Part shown: one piece after another, positions 57,201 through 64,000 of the stretch
Layout of the letters: the number at the start of each line of letters is the position of its first letter
How positions within the stretch are numbered: the first letter of the stretch is position 1
Assembly (NCBI RefSeq): GCF_001194135.2
Contig: NC_068991.1
Span: 78,312,226-78,376,225 of the forward strand
Length of the DNA: 64,000 nt
Source: Octopus bimaculoides
Lineage: Eukaryota
Direction: 5' to 3'
Notes under the pieces: model-generated
Told to the model about the DNA's origin: nothing
The model's database searches: none
The model's input: the letters and a program-made list of their open reading frames with translations, nothing else
Translations under genes and position numbers: made by a program

Positions 57201-57271
57201 NNNNNNNNNNNNNNNNNNNNNNNNNNNNNNAAGATATGAATCCTTTCTCAGATTATAGATACTACTACTAA
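39587..57271 (+). CDS. RBM4: RBM4/lark-like RNA-binding protein: one RRM plus a long low-complexity C-terminal region
   Basis: [10 protein letters not shown] (RNP2)...[11 protein letters not shown]|[28 protein letters not shown]|LSHGKK is the RBM4/lark-type RRM. Exons are 39587-39709, 44509-44592, 54894-54952, 55868-56338 and 56452-57271 (with gap), all phase-consistent. Family is recognised; orthology is not established. Confidence 0.8.
40174..40293. mobile_element. Short hAT MITE (120 bp)
   Basis: TIR CAGTGGTTCCCA / TGGGAACCACTG; TSD GCATAGAG / GCGTAGAG. Confidence 0.85.
42810..43028. mobile_element. piggyBac-like MITE family (other copies about 3763-3965, about 19365-19741, fragment 15540-15582)
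   Basis: Shared body AAATGTAATGC.TATTTATTC..ATTGTTTTGAATTAAT...TTTGAGATTT..ATGATG...TTTAGAATGACATTG and termini CCCTTTAGCATT / AATGCTAAAGGG. Confidence 0.55.
44509..44592 (+). CDS. RBM4: RBM4-like coding exon 2
   Basis: tttaag|CAC...GAG|gtaaaa; completes the RRM. Confidence 0.92.
54894..54952 (+). CDS. RBM4: RBM4-like coding exon 3
   Basis: cctttcag|TTG TCA CAT GGT...TTT CC|gtgagt; [19 protein letters not shown]. Confidence 0.85.
55868..56338 (+). CDS. RBM4: RBM4-like coding exon 4 (alternative in-frame acceptor at 55913)
   Basis: Open frame PRKPLGQGG...poly-N...YDRNMK; AAA AG|gtcagt. Confidence 0.85.
56452..57271 (+). CDS. RBM4: RBM4-like terminal coding exon (gap 56706-57230)
   Basis: ccttacag|A GAC TAC CCA; M/G/R/D-rich frame; after the gap [12 protein letters not shown]. 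The gap could hide an intron or an earlier stop. Confidence 0.75.
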
Positions 57272-59726
57272 TAATGATAATAATAGTGGTTCTTTGAAAA
57301 GTAAAAAAAACAAACCAAAAACATCTTCACCTTGTATTTTTGTTGGTGTTTATAAAAAAAAAAAAGAAAAACATATTTTTAAGTATCAAGATTTCATTGA
57401 GATTAATATTGTTTCCCAAGTGTTAAATACGAACAAAATACTTTTAACTCCTCATCCAAGTTTGTTCACTATACATAACATACCATCACAGACTGCATCA
57501 GTCGGTTTCTTTTCCCATCCCACCCCACATTTTATCCCCTACTTAGTATATACCCACACGTCTTTAACTGGATTATATATTATACAAATAAAATAGAAAC
57601 AAAAGATTCCACACTTCTTTTTTTTTTTTTTTTTTTTCTAAGTCTTGTCAATTCACTCTTGTAGGATAAGCTTTCTATAGATATCTTCCATTGTGTGTGT
57701 TTGGTGTTTGTTAAGGCCCAGTGCTTTGAATTGTCTTCACTGAAACCATTATTGATCCTATCTGAATCCTAACCATCGGAGGGCAGATCTTCATTTTTCC
57801 AGCTCCATTTTCCTCATTTCAACTCTCAATCAACATCCACATTCTAATTTCATTTCTTCGATATTCCAACCTATTTTCATAATTCATTACCAAATTTATC
57901 GTTTTTGTTTTGGAACCTTGTTTTTCTTGATACCTCATATGCTGGTTTCCTTTCATTTCAGTTGATTCTTTAGAATTTTTGTGATGTTCTCAAATTAAAT
58001 ATGTTATAAATAATTTATTAGTGTAACATAATTTCAATATCATGTTCTTAATTGCTGCCTCAATTCTGCAAAAGTTTCTGACTTCTGTCTCGATTTAACA
58101 AAGGTAACTAGAAAACTGATGTCATGTGTTTCTCTCTTGAAATTGTTGGTGATAAATTCCAAGGTGGTATTTTAAGGGAATAGGTATTAGTGTTTGCTTT
58201 ATTTGTCTTTATTATTTACAGTGGTATTTTTAATTCCCATAAACTGTTAGGCCTAACCCATACTGATTTTAATTTTGAATTTCAAATGTGATTAGAAGTT
58301 GCCATTAGTTGATGTCTCTTTTCAGATCATCTTTCATACCTCATCAATCTGTTAGCTCCGTGCAGACTAGCTTTCTCCATTAACAATGAAGAATTAACCA
58401 CAAAATATGACACATGCTTCCATATACTCACCGATCAATGTTTTGATTGTCATTTAAATTTCATTTTCGTTCCTTAGTTTTTTTTTGTTTTTTTTTTTTA
58501 AGACAGTGTCCCCTTTTGCTTGTGATTCACTTCCAGCAAAATGAAACCACCCTTCCCTATTTGTCTTCCCCCCCCCTTCTTATCAGTATTAAGGTCTGCC
58601 ATTGTTTTTCTATTTTGCTTTGAAATGTTTCTTGTGTAGAGAAAGATAAAAAAATTCATTTGAGTCATTTTATAGGATCTCTATTCTGACAGTATTTTTA
58701 CTTAATGTTCTCCAACTCTACCTGTGTGGAAACCTGCTCAATGTACTGCCTGCATTTCTTCATTTCATGTTTTCAATGTCTATCACTTAAAACAGAGCCA
58801 TTACAAACTTTCAAAAAAGGAAAAATAAAAAAAAAAGGTGGCAAAGCAGAGTGAACAAAAACCATTTTTTTTTTTATCGTTATTATTATTTTACAAATTG
58901 TAATTTTAATATTGAGAGAAAAAATGGAAAATATTTCCCCACCTTTTTTGTGTTTGATATTTCTTAGCTGTAAGTTACCAATGTCTTAGATGTCTGTAAA
59001 ATTTTTTTTAAAAAATAAAAAGAATATCAAAAGTTCGTTTTTCTTTCATGGTTGTTTGTTTTAGCTTTAAAAAATGCATGTTTCTGGATTCTATTTATAT
59101 TGTTGCGTCTGGGAAGAGTCAATGCCTTATTAACACACTCACTGGTTCAATTTCTGCTCCTCCCACCCCAATTGTCATTGCTTCTTGCAACCGAAGCAAC
59201 GGAAATTTTAAGTGGAAAATACAAAAACGAGCGGAAATTGAATCCGTGTGTTAATTAATAAGGCATTAAAACAATGACTCTTCCAAGACAACAAACTATG
59301 CTTCAACACACAAATTCACATAAAGAATCTTGTAAACTAAATACGAAAACAAGATGGCATGTAAAAAGCACCATTCAAGCGTGGTCGTTGCCAGTGCTAC
59401 CGGACTGGCTCCTGTGCCAGTGACACATAAAAGCACCCACTACACTCTCTGAGTGGTTGGTGTTAGGAAGGGCATCCAGCTGTAGAAACTCTGCCAAATC
59501 AGATTGGAGTCTGGTGTTGCCATCCGGTTTCACCAGTCCTCAGTCAAACTGTCCAACCCATGCCAGCATGGAAAGCGGACGTTAAACGACAACGATGATG
59601 ATGAGAATATATGGGCTGCATTTGACAATTTGCATAATTGTAAAAGAAAACACAATATCCTATCCAAAAGTAAAAGTATTTAAAAAAAAAAATTAAATAT
59701 CCACTGGATTATGGCTGGGAGACGAG

Positions 59727-60338
59727 TTTATTCAATGTTGTCATCTTCGGCTTCCTTTATGACCTCAAGATGGCTCCAGGATCTGGCACATATATTCCTC
59801 ACTGTGTCCTTGGGAAGATTTTCAAACACCTTGATGTTGGCTACCAGCTTCGCATTGGTGTTGCATGCCATGTTGCTGATGTCTTTTCTTATTCTGTACC
59901 CCACACATAGTAATCCATGGGATTACAATCAGCAGAAACTAACGTTTCTGCTAGCTTGCTGCCCTGAATATATTTTGGTAATTGATAGCATAAATACTAA
60001 GATATTACACTTAGTTTGTGTTGAAGTTGTAAAATTTCTTGCTCCAGAATAACTGCAGCCACATGGCTGAAACAAAAGAATGACCACTTCTGACTCTTTT
60101 GGGAGATATGGCCAGGAGCTGAATCCTACTATCACACATAAAAGGCAAAGTCTACCTTGGTTTTTGAACTCAGAATGTAACGACAGACGAAATATCGGTA
60201 AGCATTTCACCTGGCGTGCTAACGTTTCTGCTAGCTTGCTGCCCTGAATATATTTTGGTAATTGATAGCATAAATACTAAGATATTACACTACTAATTAA
60301 GTGGGTAATTAAAAAATTTGATTACAAATTAATCCCTG
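59727..60338 (-). mobile_element. Second maT-like transposase relic with SINE and duplication in its flank
   Basis: - strand DCNPMDYYVWG... and CNTNAKLVANIKVFENLPKDTVRNICARSWSHLEVIKEAEDDNIE* at 59727-59930; CAGGG-type terminus at about 60338. Confidence 0.65.
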
Positions 60339-61521
60339 CTCGAGCAGTGGCAAGTGCCTGATAACTCATCTCAAGTTTCTTGGATGGTAATCAACCCCCA
60401 AAAGGAAGTGCTTTTATCTGAAGTCTTTTAACAGGTACCAAAGGTGAAACAACATTTTAACTGTTTTGATAACATCCCACCTGACACTGCTCCTGGTTCT
60501 CTGATAAAAACTTCCTGTTTTAAGGTAATCTAAATTAAAATCTCCCATCAAAAAATTTAATTTATTGTTCAAACACCAGCTTAATAACACGACAGTTATT
60601 TTAATAAATTTTTCATTTTTTTCAAAATTAAGCAGTCCAATCATCTCAGGTAATTCCAGCATTGACCTGCTGGACTTCCAAAAGCAGTTTATCTATGACT
60701 ACATTGTCTAATGTGTCAACGTTTTGTGACTGCAAGGCATTATTTGGTTGCTATTTTTAGAATATGAACAAAAGATCAGCTATGGTTGAGTGAATTTATC
60801 CTGTTTTATGAATATAGGATAGGAATACATGACCTGATGTGTCCTTTCCTACTAAGATAGTACGGTGCAATTATGGCTGCTATTTCTAACAGGATTGGTA
60901 CAATCATTTAGGTATCTTTATGTCTGTATGGCCTTTTTCATTCCGAGTTCAAATCTTGTTGAGGGCATCACTTTATCTTTCATCCTTCCTGGATTGATAA
61001 AACAATATACCATTATCAATTAAACGTTTCACATTTGACTTTCAATGGATACCAATGGTTAAACAACATTTTAAAGTAGTTGAAATTTCATCATCATCAT
61101 CATCAAACAGGCTCTTTTCCATACTTGTTGAAGTAGATTTCCTATGGCTTGATGCCCTGTCTGTTACCAAATCCCAACTGTTGTCCAAGCAAGCTAATAT
61201 TTCCCATGGCCTGACTTGTTTTTCGCAGGAAACTGGAAATGAATGATATGGATTGTATGACTATCAGGCTCATTTCCTGTCATCATGAGATCTCACACAC
61301 AACTTAAGGTATGCTATCAAAAGGGCTTCCTTCTCTCTCCAAAATGGATTCATAGGTGCTCAGAGCAAACTGCTTTACTTTTAACTGTCCATCTTTCCCA
61401 CCACCTCAGAAATATTGCTGTTTTCATTGGTACATTTTGCCTGTTCAAAGTTAGTATAGGACGGTAGTGAGCTGCTGTATTTCCCAAGGCTGGCTACGTC
61501 TGATACAGAAATACAAGATTG

Positions 61522-61735
61522 GGGGTGAGCTGGCAGAAACATTAGCACGCCAGGTGAAATGCTTAGCGGTATTTCGTCTGCCGTTACGTTCTGAGTTCAA
61601 ATTCTGCCGAGGTCGACTTTGCCTTTCATCCTTTCGGGGTCGATAAATTAAGTACCAGTTATGTACTGTGGTCGATGTAATCGACTTAACCCCTTTGTTT
61701 GTGCTTGTTTAGCCCCTTGTGTGCAATAAAGAAAT
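61522..61735 (+). mobile_element. SINE family E (reverse copy about 60120-60245)
   Basis: GAGCTGGCAGAAAC.TTAGCACGCC.GG.GAAATGCTTAGCGGTATTTCGTCTG...GAGTTCAAATT...GTCGACTTTGCCTTTCATCC. Confidence 0.7.
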
Positions 61736-62399
61736 AAGATTGTAATCATCCTGTGTTTCTTGAGTATTTGAAGCATTTGGTGAGTGATGTGAAACTTCAG
61801 TGACTTGTTAGCGATGAACATTTCAGGTTGTTGGGGCAGATTCCCTTGATGTTGACATTAAGGCCTGACTGGCCTTCGTGCGGGTGACACGTAAAAGCAC
61901 CCACTACACTCTGAGTAGTTGGCGTTAGGAAGGGCATCCAGCTGTAGAAACTCTGCTAAATCAGATTGGAGCCTGGTGTTGCCATCCGGTTTCACCAGTC
62001 CTCAGTCAAATCGTCCAACCCATGCTAGCATGGAAAGCGGACGTTAAACGATGATGATATACATATATATATGATGTAGTCGTTGGTTATGGCTTGTCAG
62101 AAAGTTACCATTGCTTGCAATGTAGGCAACCCATCAAACCTGTTGGCCAGAGACACCTCTTTTCTAATGCAGGTAAGAATACAATCTTGGTCTGCATGGT
62201 GGTGAAAATAAACCCTGAAACAAAATTCTTCGAAGCGAACACTCCTTCTGAGTGAGACGGTGTTATCTTCCTTTCAATGGTTCCAGTTGCGTCACATTTT
62301 CTGTTCACTAGTCAGCAAGCGGGGAAGCCCATGTCTTCAACATCAATTTTCTCTCATAAGGGAAAACGACTAAACACCTCACTTTTTGACTTTAAGAAG

Positions 62400-62910
62400 G
62401 ACCCCAGATCAAGCAAAGTTTGCATCATCAGCTTCCATTGAGATATGGTCCAGGCTGTTCCAGGAACTTCCATTTAATCCTGTAACACATTCTTCTTTGA
62501 AACCATATGTAGCTGGCGGAAGATGTAACGTTGTGCCTCTCTCAGATCTTAGAAGAGGACATCTGGTTACTGCAACTTAAAAGGCTCTCCGTTGAGCCAA
62601 CATATTTTTGTGTGTCCTTACGTTGTTGGTGCTGTTACTGCTGGACACATTGAGTGCTGCTGCCGTTCCTGATGGACATGTTGGTGCTACTGCCATCGTT
62701 TCTGCTGTTACTGATGGATGCTCCCTATACCTCATAGACCACAGCCTCGGACCGTCTACTGGGCACTCACTGTTAACCCTACTTGGGCATCCTGCCTCTG
62801 TGCACACACAACTGAATGAGATCCTTAAGTTGTGTCTATTCAATAATCGTCCGTACCTATGGGATTGTGTGAAATACGTATCCCCTAATCTAAGAAAGAT
62901 CCTTTCCACG
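62400..62910 (-). mobile_element. Degenerate Penelope-like retroelement fragment (linker plus GIY-YIG endonuclease)
   Basis: YFTQSHRYGRLLNRHNLRISFSC, CPSRVNSECPVDG, VVYEV...KYVGSTE and YIW...YRIKWKFLEQPGPYLNGS**CKLCL across frames, with stops and frameshifts. Confidence 0.75.
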
Positions 62911-63653
62911 CAAATTTTGAAAAGAAAAAATGTAAGGGAAAAGAATGGATGGACAGGGATGGATTGAGTTACATTGGGTTTAAGACAAAGGAAGGGAAAG
63001 ATATATATACCTAGGCTAAAATGTACAACAGAAGGTATAGAACTTTCACCAAGCCTATCAGAGTTATTCCCCCTCGTATCCTTTTTCTTTTGTGTGTCTC
63101 TCCGTGCTGAAACTATACAGTCTTCATCTACAAGAAATATTCAAAAGAAAGCATTAAATAGTGAAATAAGTTGAGTCGGTGAATTGTTGTTGTTGTTGTT
63201 TAATTCCAGGTTGGGCCTCTTCGAGCAGGTCTATGATCAAGTGAGTTTCAACTGTGACTAACTCTTCCTTTTCTTTAGAATATTTATCAGGACTACATCA
63301 TCCTAATCTTATCTTTTACAAAACGATAAGGTGTGACATGAAGGTTTGGTCGCTACCTCAAGCTCTTCAAGCAATCACGTAGAGGCTCCTTCACCAGAGG
63401 AATGGTTGTTGTTCACCCCAGGCTAGTCTGCTCAAGTCGTTTGGTCATCTCAGTCCTTCGCCCCACAAAAAAGCATAGTATATTTAAGACTGCATAGTCT
63501 TGTGTCTGCTTCTTTATGAGAGTAAGGCATTATTTGAAGGATATTTGGCTTCTATTTATAACAGACCGAGCGACCACTTGTCGCTCAATTGATGCAAGCG
63601 AACGATCATCAGTTGTATAGCCCTAGGTCAGACATTGTTGAGTAGGCCTAGAA

Positions 63654-63931
63654 CGGGTTTTCAAACTATGGTCCGCAAGGACAAGACAGCAAATACTTTT
63701 TATGGGCAATTTGATTTTATATATGTTTTTAAATCGAAATCTTTTAATTGACAATAAACCTATTTGTTAAATACTGTTAAATAAATAAATGTAAAAATAT
63801 ATGTTATTTTAAGCAAATATTTATGTATAAATTTCATAAGCGTTTATAAGGGTTGGGTTAGGGTTAGGGTTAGGGTTAGTAAAGCCTGAAATATAAAGGA
63901 GTCCGCAAGTCGAAAAGTTTGAAAACCCCTG
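63654..63931. mobile_element. Second copy of the same hAT MITE, opposite orientation, containing (TTAGGG)n
   Basis: Internal sequence is the reverse complement of 15249-15520; 8-bp TSD GCCTAGAA (63646-63653 and 63932-63939). Confidence 0.88.
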
Positions 63932-64000
63932 GCCTAGAATACGATTAGTACAATATCTTATGAATATATAGTGCTACATTACCCAATGTTGTAAGACAAT

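Noticed and set aside
9795-57239. Long ORFs made mostly of X (e.g. 9795-10250, 25310-26074, 29531-30251, 36455-37531, 41795-42175, 53678-54289)
   Set aside because: Artefacts of N gaps lacking stop codons

Overview
AT-rich, intron-rich animal genomic DNA. It is most likely octopus, an inference from the SINE families with (GAT)n tails, the (TA)n microsatellites and the maT-type transposon relics. The window has many N gaps. Three protein-coding genes could be reconstructed by hand with phase-consistent GT-AG splicing. (1) An NPC2/ML-domain lipid-binding gene on + (exons 2430-2537, 4153-4331, 5446-5532); its signal-peptide exon was not found. (2) A complete 20-exon UTP25/DIEXF gene on - (35635 to 6368), with an expanded acidic 10-aa repeat exon that spans a gap. 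(3) A single-RRM RBM4/lark-like gene on + (39587-57271) with a long M/R/D/G/P/Y low-complexity tail, head-to-head with UTP25 across a compact shared promoter. The rest is SINEs, hAT and piggyBac-like MITEs, Tc1/mariner (maT-like) relics, a Penelope-like GIY-YIG fragment and a tRNA-Lys pseudogene. The most interesting signals are minimal hammerhead-ribozyme motifs. One has an intact core at 892-924. A pair lies inside a tRNA-headed SINE arranged as a ~175-bp-arm inverted dimer next to a UTP25 exon. Also notable are candidate poison exons in the RBM4-like gene. All calls were made by eye; no searches or folding programs were run.
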